A DNA stretch of 64,000 nt from Terriglobia bacterium (GCA_965206645.1 CBDBKE010000002.1:640001-704000); one strand, 5' to 3'; numbered from the stretch's first letter, positions 32,794 through 45,321 are shown. Made by a program: numbers and translations. Notes: generated by a model from the sequence alone, not told the origin.

Positions 32794-32858
32794 CCCCCCA
32801 GGATCACCTCCCAGGCTCCTGCCAGAGGCTGCTCGTTTCTCCGGTATATAATCTCGCC

Positions 32859-33050
32859 ATGCCCAAATACATCCATCTTCAGGTGCGTGGCGTTGAAAAG
32901 CCTGTCCGGGTAGAAGCCGATTTCGTCGAGAAGAGCGGGAGGATCGGGACGAGTGACTTCGCCCTGTTGCTCAAGCTGAAGGACAAGCAGGTCGGCAAAT
33001 TCCGGGGGGGCTCCGTAGAAGGCTGGTGGATAGCGGAAGAGAGCAATTGA
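32859..33050 (+). CDS. Small hypothetical protein (63 aa)
   Basis: Protein-like ORF with TATAAT 6 nt before the ATG. Confidence 0.6.
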   Translation: MPKYIHLQVRGVEKPVRVEADFVEKSGRIGTSDFALLLKLKDKQVGKFRGGSVEGWWIAEESN

Positions 33051-33165
33051 GGATCATGACAGGCCGCCGTCTCTCTCTTGATGTTGAAGCGTACCGGGCG
33101 GGAGTCCCCGGGGATGGTCCCCCAGGATCACCCTTCCCCCTGTTGTTTGATCGTATTGGACCTAT

Positions 33166-33522
33166 TCACTTGGCCTTCAACTCCACTAGAATGACTTCAA
33201 CCGGTTCGTCGCCGACATTCTCGGTTAGGAGTTTTTTCGCAGCAACCCACTGGGTCCCTCTAGCTCTCGCGGTCCGTTCCTCTGTCTTCCCGTCAGGGAA
33301 ATGAAACTTCACTCGGTGGTCGGTCAGGGCCACTACTACACCAGCCCGGTGCTCGTGCATCCGAGATTTTCCACCTGGAGCGAAGGTGATTCGCAGCACC
33401 CGCACTTGGTCATTCTCGAACTCCACTTTGTAATGCTTGGAGTCTACCTTCACGGGGTCCTGGGCCATTGCCACCGAAGCAGCCAAGAACATTAGGGCCG
33501 CAACAAGTGATACCTTTCGCAT
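33166..33522 (-). CDS. Secreted cupin-fold protein
   Basis: Signal peptide; FENDQVRVLRI, MHEH, ENVGD; AAGGAG RBS. Confidence 0.8.
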   Translation of the reverse strand: MRKVSLVAALMFLAASVAMAQDPVKVDSKHYKVEFENDQVRVLRITFAPGGKSRMHEHRAGVVVALTDHRVKFHFPDGKTEERTARARGTQWVAAKKLLTENVGDEPVEVILVELKAK

Positions 33523-33630
33523 GTTCGTCTCCTTGCATCCGGAATGTTCGATTTGAGCTTCCCCTCGCCCAAGGAGCATACGCCACCAACCCTGTCAACT
33601 CAATCTCAGCCTTTCCGTAGCTTTCCTGGA

Positions 33631-33683
33631 TGACAATCGGCACTGTAGGCAACGGGAGAGAGGAAGTCGGGAGTCACTTTTAG
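33631..33683. repeat. Copy 2 of the ~52-bp direct repeat
   Basis: TGACAATCGGCACTGTAGGCAACGGGAGAGAGGAAGTCGGGAGTCACTTTTAG. Confidence 0.75.
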
Positions 33684-33785
33684 TCTCCTTTTCCAATCTG
33701 AATTGCGCTGATAGGTTCATTAAGTTCCTCCGTCAGAAAGGAGCTAGATTAGAATCCAGTGCGCGTTAACTTGATTTCATGAGCG

Positions 33786-33869
33786 GCCCAACGTCTTGCA
33801 TCAGCCGCCGCTGGAACGGAGCGACGAAGGAGCGCAGTGTAGCAGTCGGCCTCGATGCAATTGTTATAT
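33786..33869 (-). other. Integron attC recombination site (84 bp)
   Basis: Minus strand ATATAAC ... TTGCATC(G)AG(G)CCG ... CGGCTGATGCAA ... GTTGGGC, starting 4 nt after the methyltransferase stop codon. Confidence 0.85.
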
Positions 33870-34737
33870 GTTTTCAGTATTTGTGAGCAATAAGTTCAAC
33901 AGGCGCAATGTGACCTGCCGTGATATTCTCAAGCAGGTTTCTACTTTCAACGGCACTACTCTTCCCCATCAACATGTGTGTCCCGAGAAGGGGTGGGCCT
34001 CCATTGGCCGTTGTTGTTGCGTATTGCTTATAAATTCCGAGCGCGAAATCACGACGATTGTTTTCTGTGGAAACTGCAAACCCAGCATCACTCAAAGCCT
34101 GTTTGTATTGATCAAGTGTAGCTACGTTACTTAGACTCGGTACCGTTGCCCAAGGAAGCGGATAGGTCAAGTCACCGTTGCCAATCCGCATTATATCGTA
34201 GACACCAAAAGAGGCACCTAGGCGTAACACTCGATACACTTCGGTAAAAAGCTGGAGTTTGTTCTCAATATTCATGCCGGTATGTATTATGAAACCGCCA
34301 TCGAACATTTCATCTTGAAAAGGCATAGCAAGTGCGCTCCCTTGATGAAGCGTTACCTGCTTATCCAGCCCGACCCACGTAGATAAAGCCTTTCCTGTTT
34401 CGATGTATTCTTTTGTTAAATCAATTCCGGAAACGTGATTATGGTACTTGTCAGCAACAAACCGTGAAGCGCCTCCTAGACCGCACCCTACATCGAGAAT
34501 ATGATCTTGTTCAGAAACGTTGAGTTGACTCAGAAAATGTTCAGTTGCTTGTCGTTCCCCAATAAGGAACTCATCAACAGGAGCCAGATCCTCAATTGTT
34601 ACGCTATCAACCGTTTTGCCAAGCTTAGCAAGGGCAGCGTGAATCGAGTTTAGTAAATCTGCGTGGGTATAATGTTCTGACACAGCTTTATCATTTGACA
34701 TCATCGGTCTCCTTTGTTGTCTTGTTCGAAAATATAA
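33792..34737 (-). mobile_element. Integron-type gene cassette
   Basis: Begins G|TTATAT (34738-34732), the exact complement of the attC inverse core ATATAAC; one gene with RBS and a very short leader; visibly AT-rich. Confidence 0.8.
33874..34704 (-). CDS. Class I SAM-dependent methyltransferase
   Basis: ILDVGCGLGGASR, GIDLT, GSALAMPF, YRVLRLG. Confidence 0.9.
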   Translation of the reverse strand: MMSNDKAVSEHYTHADLLNSIHAALAKLGKTVDSVTIEDLAPVDEFLIGERQATEHFLSQLNVSEQDHILDVGCGLGGASRFVADKYHNHVSGIDLTKEYIETGKALSTWVGLDKQVTLHQGSALAMPFQDEMFDGGFIIHTGMNIENKLQLFTEVYRVLRLGASFGVYDIMRIGNGDLTYPLPWATVPSLSNVATLDQYKQALSDAGFAVSTENNRRDFALGIYKQYATTTANGGPPLLGTHMLMGKSSAVESRNLLENITAGHIAPVELIAHKY

Positions 34738-34906
34738 CTAGTCCGGAATTAGTTTGTTGGCTCTCCAGAACTCGTGAGTATACACCCATTGGCCTCCAAC
34801 TGAGCCCTTCCGGCACAGTTCTTCTCTCTGGGGGCTCCGAGCAGTCCTCGCAGGGTCCTGAAAGCCCATAGCCTCTCCTGGGTAGCATGCCGTGGGCCTC
34901 CGTACT

Positions 34907-35470
34907 TCACTCCTTTATTTGTGTTTCCTTTCCCATAATCACCAGGTGCTCATCGCGACTGACCATCCCAACCAGAACAAAGCCGTCGGCCTCGGCTTGG
35001 GCAACTTCCTGTTGTAACGTCGAGGTCAGATTTGTGGCAAGGAGCTTGTACCTGTACAGCTTGTCAACCTTCGGTGGGCGTTCGAGGATGACCACGATTT
35101 CCGTTTCTCCCAAAACCGGTTTTTTCGCGATCATTGTCCGTGGCAGCAAGCGAAACCCATCTACTGCAGCTTCACTCAGCTCCTTCTGCATTGTGCCGGT
35201 CCGGCTTGTCGCCAGGAGTCGATAGGTATAAGCATTCGTCGTATTTGCAGCGCGTTCGAGAAACAATGCTATCTCTGTACCACTGGTCGGCGAACCCACC
35301 AGGATCCTGAAGCCCTGCACGGCCGCTTCGTCGAGCTCTTTCTGCATCGTGGAAGTCTTCTTAGTGGCCAACAACAGGTAGCGCTACTCGGGATCGATCT
35401 TGAGCTTCTGGGTCCAGGCGGAAGGAACCAGTACCAAGAGGAGAACACTGAGGATTGTCATCTTTTTCAT
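34907..35470 (-). pseudogene. Secreted three-repeat protein with an in-frame amber stop
   Basis: Signal peptide MKKMTILSVLL; TAG at 35384-35386 in frame; three YxLLATxxTSTMQKELxEAAxxGF-like repeats. Confidence 0.8.
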
Positions 35471-35630
35471 GCTCTGCTTCCTCCCTTCGAGCAATACCAG
35501 ATGTAAGCCCTCTGGCCGGAAGTCCAGAACACATACCAATAGGCTACACCCATCCAGAAGGTGCGTGCGTCCAATTTGATCTTCTCGAAAACTTTTGCTC
35601 CGCACATGGTTGAAAATAAACGGACAAATC

Positions 35631-35720
35631 TGGCGGAGAGGGAGGGATTCGAACCCTCGTTACCCTTTCGAGTAAACACGCTTTCCAAGCGTGCTCCTTC
35701 AGCCACTCGGACACCTCTCC
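35631..35720 (-). tRNA. tRNA-Ser(GGA)
   Basis: GGAGAGGTGTCCGAGTGG...CTTGGAAAG...long variable arm...GTTCGAATCCCTCCCTCTCCGCCA. Confidence 0.97.
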
Positions 35721-36002
35721 GCAACAACGCTTTCAATAGGTTAGCAGATCGAGAGCAGGCTCGCACGGGGGTCTTTGTGAGGGAACCCCTAGCAGCGGGG
35801 CAGGCTGGAGGTGGGAAACAGACCGGGCTGGTCAGCAGAACGGCCAAAGGGAGCAGCGAAGCCACCCCAAAGAGTCCATGGCTTATCTGAACTTGACACG
35901 AGAGGGCAGCTGGCGTATGAGTTTGCGCGAAGGCGAAATTGAACTTATAATTTGCGACTACGGTTAAGGCACCCGGGACCAGCAAAGATCAGGAGGTTAA
36001 GA

Positions 36003-37031
36003 ATGGAAGGCGATCGAAACCGACGAGAGTTTCTGCAAACCGCTTTAGCTTCGGCGTCCGTCTTGTCGCTGTCGGATACGATTTTGGCGGAGACTCGAAC
36101 TGCGAGTGCGCAGGGCATCCCCACCCGGCCTCTGGGCGACACGGGCGAGCGGGTTTCTATCCTCTGTTTGGGAGGCTGGCACATCGGAAGAATCGAGGAC
36201 GACGGCGAAGCCATTCGTGTCATGCACACCGCCCTCGACGAGGGAGTCACGTTTTTCGACAATGCCTGGGATTATCACGACGGGCGCAGCGAAGAGATCA
36301 TGGGAAAAGCTCTGGCGCAAGGAGCCCGACGGAAGAATGCTTTCCTCATGACGAAAAACTGCGAGCGCGATTATGCAGGTTCGAAGAAGAATTTAGAGGA
36401 TAGCCTGCGTCGCTTTCGGACTGACTACCTGGACCTTTGGCAATTTCATGAAACTAACTACGACAATGACCCCGACTGGGTTTTTGATAGGGGAGGCTTG
36501 AAAGCTGCTCTGGAAGCCCAAAAGGCAGGAAAAGTGCGCTTCATCGGATTTACGGGTCACAAAGATCCCATCATCCATCTGAAGATGTTGAACAAACCCT
36601 ACCATTGGGCCACCTCCCAGATGCCCATCAACGTCATGGACGCTCACTACAGAAGCTTTGCAAAGGAAGTGGTCCCGGTGTGGCTGAAGAAGAAAATCGG
36701 TGTGGTGGGCATGAAGAACCTCGGCGGCGGCTTCCCGAAGGGACGCATCCCGGACAAGGCGGGAGTCTCGGCCACCGATTGTATTCGATATGCTCTCAGC
36801 CAGCCGATTTCCACTCTCGTGGTCGGCCTGAGTTCCATGGCTGATCTGCAGCAGGCGCTAAGCGTTGCACGTGACTTCAAGCCAATGGGCGGGCAGGAGA
36901 AAGAAACCCTCCTCAACCGGGTTCGGCCAGAAGCAACCGACGGCCGGCACGAATTGTTCAAATCCAGCAAGGCCTTCGATAGCCCTCACCATCGTCGCCA
37001 ACACGGGTTCGCTCTGGACATACCCGCTTGA
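36003..37031 (+). CDS. Aldo/keto reductase with Tat signal
   Basis: NRREFL, FFDNAWDY, LMTK, DYLDLWQFH, RFIGFTGH. Confidence 0.9.
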   Translation: MEGDRNRREFLQTALASASVLSLSDTILAETRTASAQGIPTRPLGDTGERVSILCLGGWHIGRIEDDGEAIRVMHTALDEGVTFFDNAWDYHDGRSEEIMGKALAQGARRKNAFLMTKNCERDYAGSKKNLEDSLRRFRTDYLDLWQFHETNYDNDPDWVFDRGGLKAALEAQKAGKVRFIGFTGHKDPIIHLKMLNKPYHWATSQMPINVMDAHYRSFAKEVVPVWLKKKIGVVGMKNLGGGFPKGRIPDKAGVSATDCIRYALSQPISTLVVGLSSMADLQQALSVARDFKPMGGQEKETLLNRVRPEATDGRHELFKSSKAFDSPHHRRQHGFALDIPA

Positions 37032-37143
37032 CCGGCCTATTCCCTTCGGGCGCAACTCTCGTTCGCCAAGAGTGCGCCGGCTTGATGGGCCATTGACTAT
37101 TTGATCGTTGCAATTAAGCGAATCGAACGAGGAGGATACTTCA

Positions 37144-38109
37144 TTGAAAGTTGGGTCGGGGAAGTTTGTTTTTGAAGAAGCAGAGAGCTGGGCTCAGCTA
37201 CCTAAAGGATGGAATCTTGGGGAGGTTCCGGGGGTTGCCGTCGATTCTCAAGACCGTCTCTTCGCCTTCTGCCGTTCCGAGCATCCCGTCGTCATTTTCG
37301 ACCGTAACGGACGTTTCCTAGAATCTTGGGGAGATGGGATGTTCGTGTGCCCGCACATGATCTTTATCGGGCCCGATGACTCCGTTTACTGTGTCGATGC
37401 CCAAGGCCACCGGGTGAAGAAGTTCACCCCCGATGGCAAACTCCTGATGACCCTCGCCCCCAAGAATGGCGTGGCAGATACGGGTTTCGTGCCAGACGAT
37501 TGGAAGACAATTGTCCGCTCCGGGCCCCCTTTCAATACTCCGACCGACGTTGCCCTGTCTCCCGAAGGAGAGTTGTATGTGTCTGACGGCTATGGGAACG
37601 CCCGCGTTCACAAATTCACCGCAGATGGTCAACTGCTCTTCTCCTGGGGTGAGCCGGGCAGTGGGCTAGGTCACTTCGCTACGCCTCATGGCATCTTCGT
37701 GGACAAGGAAGGACGAGTCTATGTTGCGGACCGTCAGAACATGCGCGTTCAGATTTTCTCACCTCAAGGCGAGATTATCACTCAGTGGAGCGAGGTTCGG
37801 TGGCCGGACAGTCTGTGCCAGGATGCAGAAAAAAACTTTTACGTTGCCGAGCTTGGAGGGATTTTCATGTTCGGTAAGAAAGCCGATCTGGATCAACCCC
37901 CGGCACGCATGACTGTTCGTGACCCGAACGGGAATATCCAAGCGGATTGGAATGACGAGGATCCCTACGGCAAAGGACGATTCTTCGCCCCGCACTCGGT
38001 CGCACTCGACTCTCACGGCGACCTCTATGTGGGCGAAGTCACTTTTTCCTACTCCAACCGGCAGTCTCCTGCCGATGTCAAGGTCCTGCGCAAATATAGG
38101 AGGAGGTGA
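37144..38109 (+). CDS. NHL-repeat beta-propeller (PAL-like) protein
   Basis: PTDVAL, VSDGYGNARVHKF, FATPHGI, VADRQNMRVQIF; GAGGAGG RBS before TTG. Confidence 0.88.
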   Translation: MKVGSGKFVFEEAESWAQLPKGWNLGEVPGVAVDSQDRLFAFCRSEHPVVIFDRNGRFLESWGDGMFVCPHMIFIGPDDSVYCVDAQGHRVKKFTPDGKLLMTLAPKNGVADTGFVPDDWKTIVRSGPPFNTPTDVALSPEGELYVSDGYGNARVHKFTADGQLLFSWGEPGSGLGHFATPHGIFVDKEGRVYVADRQNMRVQIFSPQGEIITQWSEVRWPDSLCQDAEKNFYVAELGGIFMFGKKADLDQPPARMTVRDPNGNIQADWNDEDPYGKGRFFAPHSVALDSHGDLYVGEVTFSYSNRQSPADVKVLRKYRRR

Positions 38110-38188
38110 ACCGATCGCATCTTTCTAACCCTACCGTCGACGGGCCATCCCTGCCGGCAACGGGAGTCAGCTGGCTCGGGAACCACCT

Positions 38189-38937
38189 ATGACCGTGAAA
38201 GATTCCGTTTGGAAAAATCGTGAAGTCGCGGCAGCATTCCTGGATGAGCACTCCTTACACGTCCCCAACCGGCAGAGACAACTTGAAGTAGCGCTGCGGG
38301 TACTGGGCTTTGCTCAAACAAGGTTACTTCGGATATTGGATCTCGGCGCCGGGGACGCGATCATCCTAGTAACCGTTTTGGAGGCGTTCCCTCAGGCGAG
38401 TGGCGTGGCATTGGATTTCTCATCCCTCATGTTGGAACAAGCCCGCAACCGTCTAGCAAAGTTTGGTGACCGCGCTACGATAGCCTGCTGTCGGAGACTG
38501 AAGCTGATTTAGGATCACATTCCTGGTGCAGTGCGGTAAAGGGACAATTTGACGCTATACTTTCTGGCCTAGCGATTCATCATCTGTCGGACGAACGAAA
38601 GCGGAAACTCTATGAGGAAATCTACGGCCTGCTGTCGGAGGGCGGCGTATTTCTTAACCTGGAACACGTCTCCAGCCCGACGCCGCTCGTGGAAGAGATG
38701 TTTAACGAGGCGATGGCGGAACACCTGTATATGCGCCGGAGCGAGCGAGGCGAGGATGTCACGCCTGAGCAGGTAAGACGTGACTTTCTGGAACGTCCCG
38801 ATCGTGCAGCCAATATTCTCGCCCCGGTTGAAGCACAGTGCAAGTGGCTGCGAGAGATCGGTTTCGTGGATGTTGACTGTTTTTGGAAGTACTTCGAGCT
38901 TGCGATTTTCGGTGGCTTTCGCCGATCCTCCCGATGA
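38189..38937 (+). pseudogene. Class I SAM-dependent methyltransferase disrupted by a 14-nt insertion
   Basis: ILDLGAGDA, LAIHHL, GGVFLNLE; deleting 38483-38496 restores one frame. Confidence 0.87.
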
Positions 38938-39820
38938 AATGGTTTTTCCTCCTGTTGCTGGCTCTTCCGTTATGGGCCCAGTACGACCTGACCGGCACGA
39001 TTGATTTCCACGCGCACTCGGATCCAGATTCGGTGCCGCGCTCGCTGGACGCGGTGGAACTGTCCGAGATTGCGCGCCAACGCGGCTTCCGAGGTTTGGT
39101 GCTGAAGAACCACTGGCAGCCCACCGCGTCCTTGGCTTACCTAGTGCGGCGCCAAGTGCCGGGCATCGAGGCCTTCGGCGGGATTGCGCTTAATCGCGCA
39201 GTGGGCGGCATAAACGCGGAAGCCGTCGAGCGCATGACGCGCACCCGCGGCGGCTACGGCCGCGTGGTCTGGCTTCCTACCTTCGACGCCGACCGCATTC
39301 CGCTACTGCGTGATGGCGAGCTGCTGCCGGAAGTGAAACAGCTATTGGCTATAGTGGCGCGCGAAGGACTGGTCCTTCACACCGGGCACTACCCGCCGGC
39401 AGTCGCGCTGTCCGTCATTCGGGCCGCGCGCACCGCCAACGTGCGTTCCATCGTGGTGAGTCACGCCATGATGCCCCTATCAGCATGACGATCGAGCAGC
39501 AGCAACAAGCCGTGTCGCTGGGTGCCTTCATCGAGCACGCCTATAGCGGCACCCTGCCTTCGCCCCTGCTGCCGGAACGGCGTACCGTCTCACTCGACGA
39601 CTATGCGCGCGCGATCCGCGCGGTGGGGCCACGGCACTGCGTGCTGACCAGCGACCTCGGCCAGGCGGGTAACCCGATCCACACCGACGGCCTGCGCATC
39701 TTCGCCGATGCTTTACTGAAAAGGGGCTTCACCTCCGCTGAACTCGATCGGATGCTGAAGATCAACCCGGCACGGCTGCTCGGGCTGGCCGAATCAATAG
39801 GCAATGGCGGTAGGCAGTAG
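38934..39820 (+). pseudogene. Amidohydrolase-fold (DUF6282-like) secreted protein, frameshifted
   Basis: IDFHAHSDPD, LKNH, HTGH, SHA, SDLGQ, NPARLLG; frame break near 39470-39485. Confidence 0.8.
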
Positions 39821-39904
39821 GCATCAGGGCGTTAGGTGGGTTTAGGGCAGAACTTATTACGCGATCAGCCCAAGCCCCAGGAGAGCGGTTGCCGGGGTTG
39901 GGTG

Positions 39905-39960
39905 AAAAACACCACAGCCCTGAGCTTCTAGTTCTGGAAGCTCAGGGCTGTGGGTATTTT
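39905..39960. terminator. Strong bidirectional intrinsic terminator after 5S rRNA
   Basis: 17-bp perfect stem CCACAGCCCTGAGCTTC / GAAGCTCAGGGCTGTGG with A and T tracts on each side. Confidence 0.85.
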
Positions 39961-39992
39961 GTGCGCCGCTTTGCGGCGGCGCTCATCTTACT

Positions 39993-40109
<117 letters not shown>

Positions 40110-40267
40110 AACTTGCTCTGCCCGTAGCTCGTAGCGCGTGTGGCTCGTGCAACTACAAGCCACCGACCACAAGCCACAAGCCACAAGCCTTTACAACTGA
40201 AACGCAGGGCGAACAGGAGCCGGCAGTCGCACGGACTACCCGGGCTGCTGCTCCGAGTAAATCTTAT

Positions 40268-43271
<3,004 letters not shown>

Positions 43272-43363
43272 ATAAAATTTACCCGCGAGCAGTACCCCCC
43301 GTTGGAAGTACAAGCTCCGGGCGAGTCCAATGCGCTACTTCCGGCTTCCTTGTTCACCCTACG

Positions 43364-43382
43364 TATTCAGTTGTCAAAGATC
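43364..43382 (-). promoter_or_regulatory. rRNA boxA-like antitermination element
   Basis: GATCTTTGACAACTGAATA upstream of 23S. Confidence 0.65.
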
Positions 43383-43479
43383 GGCAGCCGATCTCGGCCG
43401 ACTGCCCCACGAGCCACCTTGCGGCGCTCGATGCCACCCACTCTCTCAGAGCGGCCAGCATCCAACTCTGCAATCTCTT

Positions 43480-43508
43480 ATTATACCCTGCGTCGCAAGT
43501 CAACGCAA
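43480..43508 (-). promoter_or_regulatory. Sigma70-type promoter immediately upstream of 23S
   Basis: TTGCGT-N17-TATAAT. Confidence 0.6.
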
Positions 43509-43537
43509 CTAGGTTGTGAATCTGGTGGTGGGGGACC

Positions 43538-43772
43538 CTACGGCCAGTACTCTTCCCACTGGATTTCGCCTATTCTCTCACTCAAGTATGCTTCGGCCAA
43601 GGCCTTAGCTTCCGTTCGCGCTTGTTCGGCAGTCTCTTGCTGAATATGTGCCCCGCCCATCTCTTGGAGCTGCTGTCGTACACGCTGGATTCCCACCCGC
43701 CCGGCTTTAGTACGGCGAAGAGGCTGATATTTTACGGGTATACCGAAAGCCGTGGCCTTCCCTCTCCATCAT
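43538..43772 (-). pseudogene. Degraded small ORF in the tRNA-23S spacer
   Basis: Restoring two single bases gives a 78-aa protein ending [32 protein letters not shown]. Confidence 0.45.
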
Positions 43773-43790
43773 TGGTCTCAGAAAACTCTT

Positions 43791-43867
<77 letters not shown>

Positions 43868-43902
43868 ACGTCCACTCCGGGCTTCGGCCCGGCGCTTTGC
43901 GC

Positions 43903-43978
43903 TGGTGGAGCTGACCGGGGTCGAACCGGCGACCTCCTGAGTGCAAGTCAGGCGCTCTCCCAACTGAGCTACAGCCCC
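43903..43978 (-). tRNA. tRNA-Ala(TGC)
   Basis: GGGGCTGTAGCTCAGTTGGGAGAGC...CTTGCAC...GTTCGAC...CTCCACCA; G3:U70 pair. Confidence 0.97.
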
Positions 43979-44069
43979 AAGCCCCGGCCTGGCGAACTGC
44001 CCGTCACTCTGGCCGGAGATGTCCTCCAGCCATTTCTGTTGGGCAGCCAGCTCTCTTCGGGACTCTTTC

Positions 44070-44098
44070 AGCGTAGCGGCTGGGCTGAATGTTGTCAA
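44070..44098 (-). promoter_or_regulatory. Sigma70-type promoter for the tRNA-Ala/tRNA-Ile unit
   Basis: TTGACA-N17-TACGCT about 90 nt upstream of tRNA-Ala. Confidence 0.7.
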
Positions 44099-44260
44099 TG
44101 CTCGGCTCCTCAGCCGCGCGCAGTGTGACTCGCTCTTTCTCTATTATCCCGAGCGGAGCGAGGGACCCAGCGCTCATCGAAAGCTGCTGGAAGCGCGTCT
44201 GCACGAAGCGACGTCGTTTTTTCGGTACTGCATTCTTGCAAACCTCAGTAAGATGACCTT

Positions 44261-45307
44261 GTGACGGTAAGGCAACCTGCCAGATTGGGAACCCTAACCC
44301 TTCTGGCACTGGCCGCGCTGCTGTGCGGATGTGGGACACGGCCCTCCGGCCAGCACGTGCTCGCCGAGGTGAACGGCGCCCCGATCCTGGCGGCCGAAGT
44401 GGAAAAGTTCTACCAGATCCAACTGCTGGAAGTTGACCAGAAGCCCTCCGCCGAACAGGAGCAGATCCAGCGCCTGCTGATCCTGCGCACCTTGATCGAC
44501 AACGAGATCCTGCTGCAGCGCGCCGAACGGATGGACCTGCTGGCCAGCGACGCGGAAGTGGAAAGCGCGTTCGCTGAACGCGGGAGGCCGTACTCGGAGG
44601 AGGAATTCCAGTCACGACTCAAGCAACGCGGCCTGACCGTGGAAGATCTGGAAAATGACCTGCGCCGCCAATTGAGCCTGGAGAAGGTGTTCAATAAAGA
44701 GATTCGCTCCAAGATCCGGGTGCCCAACGCAGAGATTGACAGCTTCTACGAGGAGAACAAAGCCAGCTTCAACGTGCCGGAGACGCGATTCCACGTGGCC
44801 CAAATCGTGGTGACGCCAGCTGCCGACGTCCCGGTGGCTAATCTGAGAAACGACAAGGCCCGAGGAGAGGAGCAGGCGCGCCAGAAAGCGGAGCGCATCG
44901 CCGCAAGCCTGAGCGCCGGGAAGGACTTCGCCCGCCTGGCCCAAGAGTTTTCCGAGGACACCAACACCGCCCGTAACAACGGCGACCTGGGGTTCATCCC
45001 GGCTTCCGCGCTGGAAAAGGCTGACCCGCAGCTCCGACAGGCCATATTTTCCTTGCAGCCAGGGCAAATCTCCGGTGTCGTCCGCACGCGCGATGCGTAC
45101 TACATCCTGAAGCTGCTGGATCGTCAGGCTCCCGGCCAGCGCCAACTCTCCGACCCGGAGGTCCAGCAAAACATTCGCAAAGCGCTGGCCAACCGTAAAG
45201 GCCAAGTACTGCGCGAGGCCTACATGGAAATCGCACGAAACCAATCGAAGGTCGTGAACTACTTAGCGCGTCAGCTTATGGAAGCGTCGGGTGCGGCGCA
45301 AGAATGA
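44261..45307 (+). CDS. SurA/PpiC-type peptidyl-prolyl isomerase lipoprotein
   Basis: LLCGC lipobox, LAEVNGAPI, FARLAQEFSED, GDLGFI. Confidence 0.9.
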   Translation: MTVRQPARLGTLTLLALAALLCGCGTRPSGQHVLAEVNGAPILAAEVEKFYQIQLLEVDQKPSAEQEQIQRLLILRTLIDNEILLQRAERMDLLASDAEVESAFAERGRPYSEEEFQSRLKQRGLTVEDLENDLRRQLSLEKVFNKEIRSKIRVPNAEIDSFYEENKASFNVPETRFHVAQIVVTPAADVPVANLRNDKARGEEQARQKAERIAASLSAGKDFARLAQEFSEDTNTARNNGDLGFIPASALEKADPQLRQAIFSLQPGQISGVVRTRDAYYILKLLDRQAPGQRQLSDPEVQQNIRKALANRKGQVLREAYMEIARNQSKVVNYLARQLMEASGAAQE

Positions 45308-45321
45308 CGATTCGTTTCTGC

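Noticed and set aside
34738-34765. Possible attI site upstream of the cassette
   Set aside because: AACTA..TAGTT inverted repeat lacks canonical attI box spacing and no divergent intI is present
31444-35386. Two in-frame TAG codons suggesting amber recoding
   Set aside because: They appear to replace different residues (probably Tyr and Gln), lie in a decaying region, and many intact genes here end in TAG
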